In this document: positions 49,452 through 58,990 of the stretch, one piece after another | Numbering within the stretch: the first letter of the stretch is position 1 | Layout of the letters: the number at the start of each line of letters is the position of its first letter | Source of the DNA: Bdellovibrionales bacterium | GTDB lineage: Bacteria > Bdellovibrionota > Bdellovibrionia > Bdellovibrionales > UBA1609 | Length of the DNA stretch: 64,000 nt | NCBI GenBank assembly: GCA_965200875.1 | Contig: OZ241456.1 | Location: forward strand, 334,588-398,587 | Direction of reading: 5' to 3' | Notes under the pieces: generated by a model | What the model saw: only the letters and a program-made list of their open reading frames with translations | Database searches by the model: none | Told to the model about the DNA's origin: nothing | Program-made: the position numbers and the translations under genes

Positions 49452-49649
49452 ATCATTAAAATACAAAAAATTGGATCAAGGTCGGGAAAAATTTGATTTA
49501 ATGTGCTGAAAACAGAGATGAAAAAGGGGCTGAAAAAAGTCATTTTTTTGAAAATTTTTATTCAAACTTGACAACATACAAGTATTATCAGACAATAATT
49601 TTTAGTTGACAACACAAAATCAGAAAATTTGATTGAGTATATAATTTTG

Positions 49650-49670
49650 CCTCTTAACCCACTTAAGAGG
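49650..49670 (+). promoter_or_regulatory. hairpin sequestering the RBS of the small ORF at 49676
   Basis: CCTCTTAA-cccac-TTAAGAGG, a perfect 8-bp stem. The 3' arm contains the only Shine-Dalgarno-like sequence (AAGAGG), 5 nt before the ATG. Confidence 0.35.
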
Positions 49671-49675
49671 GAATT

Positions 49676-49876
49676 ATGAATCCTCCAAAGGAACTTAAAA
49701 ATTCTGATTTGAAATATATATCAGAAGAGAGAAAAAAAGAAGTTGAGCAGGTTTTCCAAACTCTTGGAATACTACAAAAAGAGAATCTCCTTGACTATTC
49801 TGAAGGTTATAATACTCCATTCAGACAACTTTCTGTCTTAAAAAATGAAACCATAATTTTTAGTGGTTATGGTTAA
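49676..49876 (+). CDS. small hypothetical protein (66 aa)
   Basis: ATG preceded by AAGAGGG. No recognisable motifs. Coding status is uncertain. Confidence 0.35.
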   Translation: MNPPKELKNSDLKYISEERKKEVEQVFQTLGILQKENLLDYSEGYNTPFRQLSVLKNETIIFSGYG

Positions 49877-49900
49877 TTATGCCTAATTGGTTGGAAAAAA

Positions 49901-50575
49901 TTAAAGATCTTTAAAGAACAGAGTGCCATCTGAGCTTCCCATCCACTCTGCCATAGCTCTTTCTGGATGAGGCATCAAGCCCGCCACATTTTTCTTTTCA
50001 TTCATCACACCGGCTATACTTCCCACAGAACCGTTGGGGTTATTTTTGTACTTCCACCAAATTTGTTCCTGATCTTCCAGCTGTTTTATTCCATCTTCAT
50101 CAATGTAAAAACAGCCTTCCTTATGTGCGATGGGAATACGAATAGTTTTTTTTGTCATTCCATTTCCTCCTCCCCACTCTTGGCAAGAATGACAAAGCTC
50201 AAGCTCTACCCATTCATCAATAAAACGAAGGCTTTTATTAATTTTTAAAACTCCTTTCAAAAGACCCGCTTCACATAAAATTTGAAAACCGTTGCATATT
50301 CCTAAAACCGGCCACCCCTCTTGAGCCACTTTATGAATATCCTGCATAGCTGGAGAATGTGCTGACAAAGCCCCCGCCCGAAGATAGTCTCCATAAGAAA
50401 ACCCCCCTGGCAAAACAAAAGCCGAATAATCTTTCGGAGAAAATCTGTCTGTATGCCATATCTTTTTTGCAGGCTGGTTTACACTCTCCAGAGCCTTCAA
50501 AACATCCTGATCACATTGAGTGCCTGGAAAAACCAACACTCCAACCGGTTTTTTACTCACAATACTTTTTTTCAT
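49901..50575 (-). CDS. purQ: phosphoribosylformylglycinamidine synthase, glutaminase subunit PurQ
   Basis: Class I amidotransferase triad region GICNGFQIL and ...MPHPER. Confidence 0.9.
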   Translation of the reverse strand: MKKSIVSKKPVGVLVFPGTQCDQDVLKALESVNQPAKKIWHTDRFSPKDYSAFVLPGGFSYGDYLRAGALSAHSPAMQDIHKVAQEGWPVLGICNGFQILCEAGLLKGVLKINKSLRFIDEWVELELCHSCQEWGGGNGMTKKTIRIPIAHKEGCFYIDEDGIKQLEDQEQIWWKYKNNPNGSVGSIAGVMNEKKNVAGLMPHPERAMAEWMGSSDGTLFFKDL

Positions 50576-50617
50576 AGTCTTTGGTTCTCTTGTTTGTTTT
50601 TCTGATGATTTTCGTGA

Positions 50618-50872
50618 TTATTCTGGTTTGTCAGATAAAATTTCCAACTCATAAGTTTCCAAAAGAGGGTTGCATAACACTGACTTCGCCATTTTTTTCG
50701 CTTCACCCAAAGCAAATTCTAGGTCATCTGTATGGATTGTCAATCTGATAAATTTTCCGTACTGACAATTTTTAATGGCCCTACCCTGTCGCTTTAGCAT
50801 ATCTGCTATAGCACGACCCTGCACATCCAATACTTCCTTTTTAGGTAAAATTTTAACTCCCACTATTATCAT
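50618..50872 (-). CDS. purS: phosphoribosylformylglycinamidine synthase subunit PurS
   Basis: 84 aa. V.V..K..V.D.QG pattern. Located between purC and purQ. Confidence 0.8.
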   Translation of the reverse strand: MIIVGVKILPKKEVLDVQGRAIADMLKRQGRAIKNCQYGKFIRLTIHTDDLEFALGEAKKMAKSVLCNPLLETYELEILSDKPE

Positions 50873-51600
50873 TTTCCCATTTTCCTTTGTAAATAATCAT
50901 ACACTTTTTTATAGGATTCTTCCACTCCACCTAAGTCCAAGCGGAAGCGATCTTTATCCATTTTTTCTCCTGTTTGCTTGTCCCACAAACGACAGGAGTC
51001 ACAGGAAATTTCATCAGCCAATACAAATACTTTCTTTTTCAAAGTGCCAAACTCCAGTTTAAAGTCAATAAGTTCTATTTCCGCTGAATCAAAAAAATTT
51101 TTTAATTTCTGGTTCACCCGCAAAGCCTGCTTTTTTAAAATATCCATTTCCTTTCTTTCGGCAACAAAGTTAAAAAGCACTGCCTGATCTGTACTAACAA
51201 AAGGATCTCCTAAGCTGTCGTTTTTATAATAAAACTCCACCAATGGTTCTGAAAGTACTTGGCCTTCGGGGAATTGAAATTTCCTAGCCGTGGAACCAGC
51301 CAAGCGGTTTCTTACCACTACCTCCAAAGGAATTATTTGCAAGCCTTGGCAAATCATTCCTGATTTATCCACATCCGCCACCCAATGCGTTTTTATCTCT
51401 TCTTTCTTGAGAAAGCGAAACACAAGAGAGCTGGTATCTCTGTTTAAAGTGCCTTTTCCTTTAAAGCTGGATTTTTTTTTCCCGTTAAAGGCTGTTAAAT
51501 TATCTTTGAACTCCATCCATATCAGATGAGGATGATCTTTAACTCCATAAATACTCTTTCCTTTTCCTTCACTGAAAAAATCTCCTTTTATCCATTTCAT
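50869..51600 (-). CDS. purC: phosphoribosylaminoimidazole-succinocarboxamide (SAICAR) synthase
   Basis: GKSIY....H......FKD..TAFNG.K and LADEISCDSCRLWD blocks. Confidence 0.9.
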   Translation of the reverse strand: MKWIKGDFFSEGKGKSIYGVKDHPHLIWMEFKDNLTAFNGKKKSSFKGKGTLNRDTSSLVFRFLKKEEIKTHWVADVDKSGMICQGLQIIPLEVVVRNRLAGSTARKFQFPEGQVLSEPLVEFYYKNDSLGDPFVSTDQAVLFNFVAERKEMDILKKQALRVNQKLKNFFDSAEIELIDFKLEFGTLKKKVFVLADEISCDSCRLWDKQTGEKMDKDRFRLDLGGVEESYKKVYDYLQRKMGK

Positions 51601-51624
51601 TTTATTTTCCTCAACCCCGCGCTT

Positions 51625-52932
51625 TTACTTTACCTGACTTTGTTTTAAAATGACTTGTATTTGTTTTGCGATTTGCTTTTTTCGTTTCTCCAAAGAAAAT
51701 TTTTCTTTAATCTCTTCCGGCTTAAGGTATTTTAAAACAGTTTTGTTTTTTAGTAATTGCTCTTGGAAAGATTCTCCTGATTTAAGAGCAAAGCTTATTT
51801 TTTGAATTAACTCGTAAGCCTGAAACCTCGACATGCCTCTTTGTACAAGAGTCGTTAAAAGTAAAGAAGAGAACACCACTTCTCCACTGGACTTCAGGTT
51901 TTCAAGCATTCGGTTTTCATTAATACATAAGTTCTCCATTATCTCCGCCATGCGGTTTAAAGCAAAATCACAGAGAATAAAAGAAGAGGAAAACATAAGC
52001 CTCTCCACAGAAGAGTGAGAAATATCTCTTTCATGCCACAAAACAGTATTTTCCAAAGCTGGAACAGTGTAAGAACGAATCAAACGGGAAAGTCCTGTAA
52101 TATTTTCAGAATAAATAGGGTTTTTTTTATGAGGCATGGCACTGGAACCCGTTTGACCGGGAGCAAAACCTTCAGATACCTCTGCCACCTCAGATCGCTG
52201 AAGATGACGAATCTCCACTGCTAGGCGCTCTAAACCGCTGGCTGTCATGGCAAGAGACAAAATTACCTCTGCATGACGATCTCTCGGCACTATCTGTGTT
52301 GCAGTTGGCTCTGCAGAAAGATTAAGAGCTTGGCAAATTTTTTGTTCCAACTCAGGAGAAAGTGCACTGTAAGCACCCACCGCCCCACTGAACTTTCCCA
52401 CCATTGTTTGCTTAAGGGCGCGAAACACTCTCTGCTCATTCCTCTGAAGTTCCATTAAATAACCGGTGAGTTTCCAGCCAAAAGTAAGAGGTTCTGCCAC
52501 CATCCCATGTGTTCTGCCACAACAAAGAGTTTCTGCGTGTTTCTCGCTAAGCGTAAGCAAGATTTTTTTCAAGCGGACAAAAGATCTTTTTAAAACTTCA
52601 CTGGCTGAAGAAAGCAACAAAGCCAGTGCAGAATCCAGCACATCAGAGGAGGTAAGCCCCCAGTGGACATACGCGCCTTCTGAACCACCCACTTTATCGG
52701 CCACTTCCTGCACGAAGGCCGTCACATCGTGTCGGGTCTTTTTTTCGTTCTTTACTATATTGTTTAACTCAAAATCCGCTTTTTCCTGAATGGCCTGAGC
52801 AGAAGTTCCGGGAATCAACCCCATTTCCGCTTGAGCAAGTGCCACCGCTTTTTCCACTTGTAGCATTTTTCGAAAACGATTCTCTTGAGTCCACACTTGA
52901 CCCATTTCTTTTCTGGTGTATCTTTCCAACAT
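51625..52932 (-). CDS. purB: adenylosuccinate lyase
   Basis: Fumarate-lyase signature GSSAMPHKKNP. N-terminal RYTRKEM...W. Confidence 0.95.
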   Translation of the reverse strand: MLERYTRKEMGQVWTQENRFRKMLQVEKAVALAQAEMGLIPGTSAQAIQEKADFELNNIVKNEKKTRHDVTAFVQEVADKVGGSEGAYVHWGLTSSDVLDSALALLLSSASEVLKRSFVRLKKILLTLSEKHAETLCCGRTHGMVAEPLTFGWKLTGYLMELQRNEQRVFRALKQTMVGKFSGAVGAYSALSPELEQKICQALNLSAEPTATQIVPRDRHAEVILSLAMTASGLERLAVEIRHLQRSEVAEVSEGFAPGQTGSSAMPHKKNPIYSENITGLSRLIRSYTVPALENTVLWHERDISHSSVERLMFSSSFILCDFALNRMAEIMENLCINENRMLENLKSSGEVVFSSLLLTTLVQRGMSRFQAYELIQKISFALKSGESFQEQLLKNKTVLKYLKPEEIKEKFSLEKRKKQIAKQIQVILKQSQVK

Positions 52933-53049
52933 GAACTGTCCCCTTTCAATTTATTTATTGCTGATATAATTTCTTACAGACTCTTCATAATGGAGTCCGT
53001 CAGCAAAATCAATATAAAAACTTGCCGGTGCAAATTGCTCTTGTTTTCT

Positions 53050-53886
53050 CTATTGCTGTATTTTATTGGTGTATTTTTCCAGAATATGGTCAGCCAATTC
53101 TAGGAAAGACAAACCCTCTTCGGAATCAGGATAGCTTTCCATAAAAGGTACACCGCTTTCACAACTCAACCCCACATCAGGATGAAAAGGGATACTGCTT
53201 AATTTTTTAATATTGTTTGTTTTTAAATAAATATCCAGCTGTCCTTTGGGAAATAAATCAATAGGTTCTTCATCCTGTCTTACTTTAAAAGAAGACATAT
53301 TTTCCACAACTCCCAAACAAGGGATTTTCAAGTGTGCCAACATATTTAAAGCTTTTTTTGCATCTGCCAAAGCAATATTTTGAGGAGTACATACCACTAT
53401 ACCACCGGATACAGGTGTTTTTTGGGCCAGGGTTAACACCACATCCCCCGTACCGGGCGGAAGATCCACTATTAAATAATCCAGTTCTCCCCAGTCCACT
53501 TCGTTTAAAAACTGGCCAATAGCTTTAAACAACATGGGGCCACGCCATATTACAGGTAAATCTTCTTTCACTAAAAATCCCATGCTCATTAATTTAATGC
53601 CAAAGCGGTTAAGGGGAATCACTTTTTTGTTTTCAGAATTGATATCTGTCTTTTGATTTAAACATCCCATCATACGGGGCAGGGAAGGTCCATAGAGATC
53701 TGCGTCTAGGAGACCCACTTTTAGGGTGGTGGATTTTTTTTTAAAAGCCAAAGCTAGATTTAAAGCTACAGTGCTTTTTCCTACACCTCCTTTGCCGGAA
53801 CCAATGGCTATAATATACTTTACCCCTGGAATTTCAGCTTGTTGATCAAAAGGGTTTTTCCCTGTGTTCGAAGCTTGTGTTTTCAT
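53050..53886 (-). CDS. apbC: Mrp/ApbC/NBP35 family Fe-S cluster carrier ATPase
   Basis: Deviant Walker A GSGKGGVGKSTVALNLA. DLPPGTGD. CxxC-less short form. Confidence 0.85.
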   Translation of the reverse strand: MKTQASNTGKNPFDQQAEIPGVKYIIAIGSGKGGVGKSTVALNLALAFKKKSTTLKVGLLDADLYGPSLPRMMGCLNQKTDINSENKKVIPLNRFGIKLMSMGFLVKEDLPVIWRGPMLFKAIGQFLNEVDWGELDYLIVDLPPGTGDVVLTLAQKTPVSGGIVVCTPQNIALADAKKALNMLAHLKIPCLGVVENMSSFKVRQDEEPIDLFPKGQLDIYLKTNNIKKLSSIPFHPDVGLSCESGVPFMESYPDSEEGLSFLELADHILEKYTNKIQQ

Positions 53887-53910
53887 ATTTACCCTCTTGT
53901 TTTTTTATTG

Positions 53911-54570
53911 CTAAAATTCAATGGTTTTTACTTGATGGCTGACTTTTAAAGTGGCAGAAGTGATTTTTTTCACCTCTTCAATAGTAATGCCCGGTGCGGT
54001 TTCCTGTAAAACAAAACCTTCTTCTGGAATAACATCAATCACAGCATAGTCCGTGACGACACGATTAACGCAATTTAAACCTGTTAAAGGCAAGGAACAT
54101 TTTTCCAAAATCTTTGAATTTCCTTTTTTATCAGTATGTTGCATGGCTACAATGACTTTTTTAGTTCCTGCCACCAGATCCATAGCACCCCCCATGCCTT
54201 TTACCATTTTTCCCGGAACCATCCAGTTGGCGATAGCCCCTGTCTGATCCACTTGTAAAGCCCCCAGAACACTTAAGTCAATATGTCCTCCACGAATCAT
54301 GGCAAAGCTTTCCGCTGAGGAAAAAAAACTAGCTCCCTTTACCGCAGTGACTGTTTGCTTTCCGGCGTTTATCAGATCAGCGTCTTCTGCTCCGTCCAAA
54401 GGGAAAGGGCCAAGGCCCAGAAGACCATTTTCACTATGAAGCATGACCTTTATATTATCAGGAATGAAGTTGCTTACCAAAGTGGGAATACCGATTCCTA
54501 AGTTAACCGTAAAACCATCTTCAATTTCCTGTGCAATTCTTTTTGCGATTTGATTTCTGTCGAGTGGCAT
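53911..54570 (-). CDS. scoB: 3-oxoacid CoA-transferase subunit B
   Basis: SENGLLG catalytic-Glu motif and GGAMDL. Confidence 0.9.
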   Translation of the reverse strand: MPLDRNQIAKRIAQEIEDGFTVNLGIGIPTLVSNFIPDNIKVMLHSENGLLGLGPFPLDGAEDADLINAGKQTVTAVKGASFFSSAESFAMIRGGHIDLSVLGALQVDQTGAIANWMVPGKMVKGMGGAMDLVAGTKKVIVAMQHTDKKGNSKILEKCSLPLTGLNCVNRVVTDYAVIDVIPEEGFVLQETAPGITIEEVKKITSATLKVSHQVKTIEF

Positions 54571-54634
54571 AATTTTCCTTTTTTTTATTTGTAGCGTGTT
54601 TTACTGTATCAACACTTTCTTTTTTATTTCAAAG

Positions 54635-55333
54635 TCAGCTTTGTGCTCTTATTGTTCTTTGTTCTATTCTTTTTTCATGTTTTTTTCCCTGGAAAATTCT
54701 TTGTACGAAAAGACCTGGAGTATGAATAGTATCAGGTGCCAATTCTCCTGTTTCCACCAATATTTCCACTTCAGCAACAGTGATTTTTCCGGCTGTGGCC
54801 ATAACGGAATTAAAGTTACGAGCAGTATGACGATAGATTAAGTTGCCGAATTTGTCTCCTTTGTAAGCTTTTACCAAAGCAAAATCCCCTTTGAGGGCTT
54901 TCTCCAATAAATATTCTTTTCCGGCAAAAGTTTTAACTTCTTTTCCTTCCGCCACCTTGGTTCCCACTCCGGTAGGGGTGTAAAAAGCTGGTATACCAGC
55001 ACCGCCAGCGCGGATTCTTTCCGCTAAAGTACCTTGAGGAACCAGCTCCACTTCCAATTCACCATCTAAAAATTGTTTTTCAAAAATCAAATTTTCTCCC
55101 ACATAACTAGCCACCATTTTTTTGATTTGGCGGGTTTGCAATAAAAGCCCTAAGCCGAAATCGTCCACACCGGCGTTGTTGGAAACACAAGTAAGATTTT
55201 TAATGCCTTTTTCGCGAATGGCGGAAATAAGATTTTCCGGAATCCCGCAAAGGCCAAAGCCCCCTACCAATAAAACAGAAGAGTCTTTTATATCAAAAAC
55301 TGCTGTCTCCGCATTTTTAAAAACTTTGTTCAT
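54635..55333 (-). CDS. scoA: 3-oxoacid CoA-transferase subunit A
   Basis: [10 protein letters not shown] and [22 protein letters not shown]. Confidence 0.9.
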   Translation of the reverse strand: MNKVFKNAETAVFDIKDSSVLLVGGFGLCGIPENLISAIREKGIKNLTCVSNNAGVDDFGLGLLLQTRQIKKMVASYVGENLIFEKQFLDGELEVELVPQGTLAERIRAGGAGIPAFYTPTGVGTKVAEGKEVKTFAGKEYLLEKALKGDFALVKAYKGDKFGNLIYRHTARNFNSVMATAGKITVAEVEILVETGELAPDTIHTPGLFVQRIFQGKKHEKRIEQRTIRAQS

Positions 55334-55438
55334 ATTTTTAAGTCTTTCATTTTGATTTTTTATTGGATAAATTATTTCTTACATTTTTTCCGGCAAAAGA
55401 GCCAGCACTTCCCCACCTAAATCTGCATTTTTCAACAA

Positions 55439-56602
55439 TTACAGTTTTTCCACCAAAAGGGCCACGGCTTCTCCGCCTCCTAAGCATAAGCTGGCTATTC
55501 CATATTTTTTGTTATGATGATGGAGAGCATGTATCAAGGTGGTGAGGATGCGCGCGCCACTAGCTCCCAAGGGGTGGCCCAAAGCTACAGCACCGCCATG
55601 TATGTTGAGTTTTTCAGCTGGAATACATAGCTCTTTAGAGACCGCTAAAGCCACAACGGAAAAAGCTTCGTTGATTTCAAACAAATCAATTTCAGAAAGT
55701 TTCATACTGGCATTTTGCAAACAGTTCTTTATGGCTTGGACAGGAGCTGTCGTAAAGTATTCCGGTGCTTGCGCAAAAGAACCTTGTGCAACAATACGAA
55801 CCAAAGGCTTTTTCTTTTCTGATTTCAGATATTGTTCTGAGACGAGCAAACAGGCGGAGGCACCATCGTTGATTTTACTGGCATTGGCCGGGGTTATGCT
55901 TCCGTCTTTTTCAAAAACAGGTTTGAGACGGGAGATTTTATCAAAGAGTACTTTGTCCGGCTCTTCGTCTTTATCCACTAGCCGATTTTGTTTTTTAGAG
56001 GGTACAGTCACGGTCACTATCTCTTTTTGAAACCAGCCTTCCTTTTGCGCTTTTTGCGCTTTTCGGTAACTTTTTATTGCAAATTCATCTTGTTGTTCCC
56101 GGCTGATTTTGTACTCTCTGGCGCAAATTTCGCCGGCATTTCCCATCTGAAACTCATGATAAGGATCCCATAGGCCATCTTTAATAATTCCGTCCTCTAG
56201 GTTGGAGGGGCCAAAGCGAAGACCTGTTCTGACTTTAGGGAGAAGATAAGGGGTTAAGCTCATGTTTTCTTGGCCTCCGGCGACTGCGACATCGAAGCGA
56301 CCCAGAGTAATGGAATCCTGAGCGAGCATAATAGCTTTTAAACCAGACCCGCAAACCTTATTGACAGTCATGCACTGAGTGGAGTTTTTCAGTCCGGCAT
56401 AGATGGCGGATTGGCGGGCAGGGGACTGCCCCGCGCCGGCGGTCAATACCTGACCCATAATACATTCCTGTATATCCCCTTTCTGGGATTGCAGTAAGGA
56501 AGCAATTACTTGCGCCCCCAAGCGAGGAGCGGGAACAGAAGAAATAGCTCCCATAAAGGAACCAATAGCTGTTCTTTTAGCCGATAAGATATAAGTATTC
56601 AT
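55439..56602 (-). CDS. acetyl-CoA C-acetyltransferase (thiolase II)
   Basis: Active-site Cys VNKVCGSGLKA. NIHGGAVALGHPLGASG. C-terminal CLGGGEAVA. Confidence 0.95.
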   Translation of the reverse strand: MNTYILSAKRTAIGSFMGAISSVPAPRLGAQVIASLLQSQKGDIQECIMGQVLTAGAGQSPARQSAIYAGLKNSTQCMTVNKVCGSGLKAIMLAQDSITLGRFDVAVAGGQENMSLTPYLLPKVRTGLRFGPSNLEDGIIKDGLWDPYHEFQMGNAGEICAREYKISREQQDEFAIKSYRKAQKAQKEGWFQKEIVTVTVPSKKQNRLVDKDEEPDKVLFDKISRLKPVFEKDGSITPANASKINDGASACLLVSEQYLKSEKKKPLVRIVAQGSFAQAPEYFTTAPVQAIKNCLQNASMKLSEIDLFEINEAFSVVALAVSKELCIPAEKLNIHGGAVALGHPLGASGARILTTLIHALHHHNKKYGIASLCLGGGEAVALLVEKL

Positions 56603-56741
56603 GGTTGATATTTACAGTATAATCCAAAAAACAATGTATGACACATACTGACCCAATAGTCTGGTTATTTATCTTTAAACCGGACTTTTTTTATCTTCTG
56701 CTATCTTAAAACCGATAAATTTTCCATATAAGGTGATTTTT

Positions 56742-57551
56742 ATGATGAAAAAAAATCTGTTTATTATTCTGTTTTTTTTCTGTGGGTTAATAAACTCAAG
56801 TTCTGCCAAGGCTGATACTCGTTGGTCTCAAACTGAAAATACCACAAAAAAATCATGGTTAATAGCGGAAAACTCTACAGAAAAAAAGGAGGAATTAAAC
56901 GCGTATGATCCTTTTGCAGACTATTCTGAGTTTGAAAATACAGCAGAAGAACAGGAAAATATCAATTTTTTTCAAACTGGCAGATTTCTCACTCTAGGAG
57001 TTTTAGGAGGAGTAAAATTATTCACCCTGAATATGGCCATTTTATACCAAATAGGTCCAGTTTATGGAGGATATTTAAACTATTTTTTTGATCTGCAATT
57101 TTCCATTCAATTCGGACTAACAGCCAGCACCCATGAAGTGATTTTACAAGATCAACAAGAGCTGAATTTTCTGGGAGCTGCTGATTTTTTGTCTATGGGC
57201 TTGGATTTTAAATATTTTTTTGACAAAAGTCTTTTTAGCAAAAACTTTTCCTGGTTACAACCTTATGTTTTTCTTGGAGTATTTAATGCCTCAGTGACAA
57301 TGGTTGCCACATACACCGATCAGCTCGGTTTTACTGAAGCTAGCGGATTTGGCCTAAATATGGGGTTGGGAATAGAATTACACTTTATGAAAAAAATCCA
57401 TTTTGGGCTGGAATACGCATTTAAATTCGTCACTTTGGAGAACGAAGCTATCCCACTTCGCTTAAATGTTGGAAATAACCAGCAAAACACCAATTTTAGA
57501 CCTTATGGGGACTGGATGAATATTACTTTGCTATTAGGCGTCAATTTTTAA
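56742..57551 (+). CDS. outer-membrane beta-barrel protein
   Basis: Signal peptide MMKKNLFIILFFFCGLINSSSA|KA. Alternating beta-strand pattern. Terminal aromatic ...LLLGVNF. RBS AAGGTGA lies before ATG 56742 (the ORF-track GTG is at 56733). Confidence 0.65.
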   Translation: MMKKNLFIILFFFCGLINSSSAKADTRWSQTENTTKKSWLIAENSTEKKEELNAYDPFADYSEFENTAEEQENINFFQTGRFLTLGVLGGVKLFTLNMAILYQIGPVYGGYLNYFFDLQFSIQFGLTASTHEVILQDQQELNFLGAADFLSMGLDFKYFFDKSLFSKNFSWLQPYVFLGVFNASVTMVATYTDQLGFTEASGFGLNMGLGIELHFMKKIHFGLEYAFKFVTLENEAIPLRLNVGNNQQNTNFRPYGDWMNITLLLGVNF

Positions 57552-57585
57552 AATACTTTTCATTTTTTTTATGTTACGCTTTTTT

Positions 57586-57608
57586 CAGGGCATGATTCAA
57601 GTGCCCTG
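57586..57608 (+). terminator. hairpin downstream of the OMP gene (weak intrinsic terminator)
   Basis: CAGGGCA-tgattcaag-TGCCCTG followed by tgtttta. Confidence 0.35.
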
Positions 57609-57639
57609 TGTTTTAATACATCGTTGCTAAGGAGGTAAT

Positions 57640-58224
57640 ATGAAAAAAGCAATAATGGTTATATTAACCGGATTCTTTTCCTTGATAATGGCTTTGCCAG
57701 CACTTATGCCCATCGTGACATACGCAGAAAGTGGTATGGATGATGGTATGAGAAAGAAAAGATACCGGTATAGAAAAAGAACCCACCGTATCCAAGTTGG
57801 AGTGGATGCCATCCCTTGGTCAAGTGAATCAAAGAGGAACATGAAATTTGGTATTGATTTTCTCTATGGATATAATGCCGGCCATTTTGAGATAGGGCCA
57901 AATATAAAGATCGAAAATGCTGGTGATGGAAGGATAAACCTAGGTTTCAGAGGTGGAATTTGGGGAGAATTTAACATGATAAAAAACACCAGAAAAGAAA
58001 AATTTGTCCCGGCTTTAGGTTTAAAAATTAACTACCAGAGAGAAGACAACAAAAATTATTTATTGTGGGGTCCTAATCTGGCTTTAAAATATTTTCCAGC
58101 TAGCAGAACAGGGCTTGTGTTCAATATAAGTTACGATATAAGGGATGAGTTTAGTAGCTTGTTTAAGCTTGAAGATATGCAATTTAACCTGTCATTGGCT
58201 TATGTTCATTACTTTAATTTTTGA
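57640..58224 (+). CDS. small outer-membrane beta-barrel protein
   Basis: RBS AAGGAGG. Signal peptide ...LPALMPIVTYA|ES. Beta-strand periodicity. C-terminal ...AYVHYFNF. Confidence 0.65.
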   Translation: MKKAIMVILTGFFSLIMALPALMPIVTYAESGMDDGMRKKRYRYRKRTHRIQVGVDAIPWSSESKRNMKFGIDFLYGYNAGHFEIGPNIKIENAGDGRINLGFRGGIWGEFNMIKNTRKEKFVPALGLKINYQREDNKNYLLWGPNLALKYFPASRTGLVFNISYDIRDEFSSLFKLEDMQFNLSLAYVHYFNF

Positions 58225-58259
58225 TGGATTTTTTGAATCACATTATTAAGTGAGAATGT

Positions 58260-58291
58260 AAAAAGCCGGAAGATATCTTCCGGCTTTTTTT
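58260..58291. terminator. bidirectional rho-independent terminator
   Basis: aaaaaGCCGGAAGATATCTTCCGGCttttttt, a perfect 10+10 palindrome flanked by an A-run and a T-run. It lies between convergent genes. Confidence 0.85.
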
Positions 58292-58311
58292 GTAGCTAAT
58301 TTTTATATTCA

Positions 58312-58860
58312 TCATTTGCATTGAAAAGTAATATCCGTGTATTCCCTAAAAACAGGCGCGGTTCTGGTGGTGGAATAGCTGTCGCTATGGCCGTGTTTTG
58401 AAGAGCTGTCCGATTGGGAATAAACTCCCCCTATTGCCTTGCTGATAAGGCTACCTCCTGCCCCAGTATTACGGGAACCAGCACCATAACCGCTATGCGC
58501 ACCCTGACCATAACTGTCTCTTTGAGAACTATAGTCACTGTGATAAGAAGTGTCCGTGCGAGTTCCTAAGTTTTCTTTCTTCTCAGCAATAGTGTTTATA
58601 GTATATTTGCCCTCACAAAAATTTTTAATACTGCGCTTTACCGATTTCAGACCTTTTTTATGTGCTCTTTGCCAACTTGTAATAGCACCCGGTCTCTCGG
58701 AGTAAGTGGTTTCTCCGTACACAGTCAGCTCCACACGCCCTTTTTTAACCGGATTATATGCCCTCTCCTTAAACTCATGAGTCGCATGATAATAACGAAA
58801 TGTGGTACAGGATACAGCAATAAATAGGTGGAACAAAATCATTGCAGATTTTAAATACAT
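58312..58860 (-). CDS. lipoprotein, Ser/Gly-rich C-terminal half, function unknown
   Basis: Lipobox LFIAVS|C. 182 aa. Confidence 0.55.
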   Translation of the reverse strand: MYLKSAMILFHLFIAVSCTTFRYYHATHEFKERAYNPVKKGRVELTVYGETTYSERPGAITSWQRAHKKGLKSVKRSIKNFCEGKYTINTIAEKKENLGTRTDTSYHSDYSSQRDSYGQGAHSGYGAGSRNTGAGGSLISKAIGGVYSQSDSSSKHGHSDSYSTTRTAPVFREYTDITFQCK

Positions 58861-58990
58861 AATACCCTCCTTGTTTTCTTTTATTTGTACAGCTATTTCT
58901 TTTTAAAAACAACTTATTTTGGAGGTCATCTGCCTTAAGAATTGGGCTTATTGAAATTCTCTGACGGACTTTTCTCCCCTTTAGGTTTTT

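Noticed and set aside
52694-52701. Perfect GCCGATAA (minus strand) inside purB.
   Set aside because: There is no TAAA 15 nt upstream (GGCC instead). It encodes VADKV in a conserved enzyme. This is a chance match.
56711-56718. ACCGATAAA 15-25 nt upstream of the OMP gene start.
   Set aside because: The -35 position reads TATC rather than TAAA, and the nearest TAAA is 31 nt away. It is too close to the start codon.
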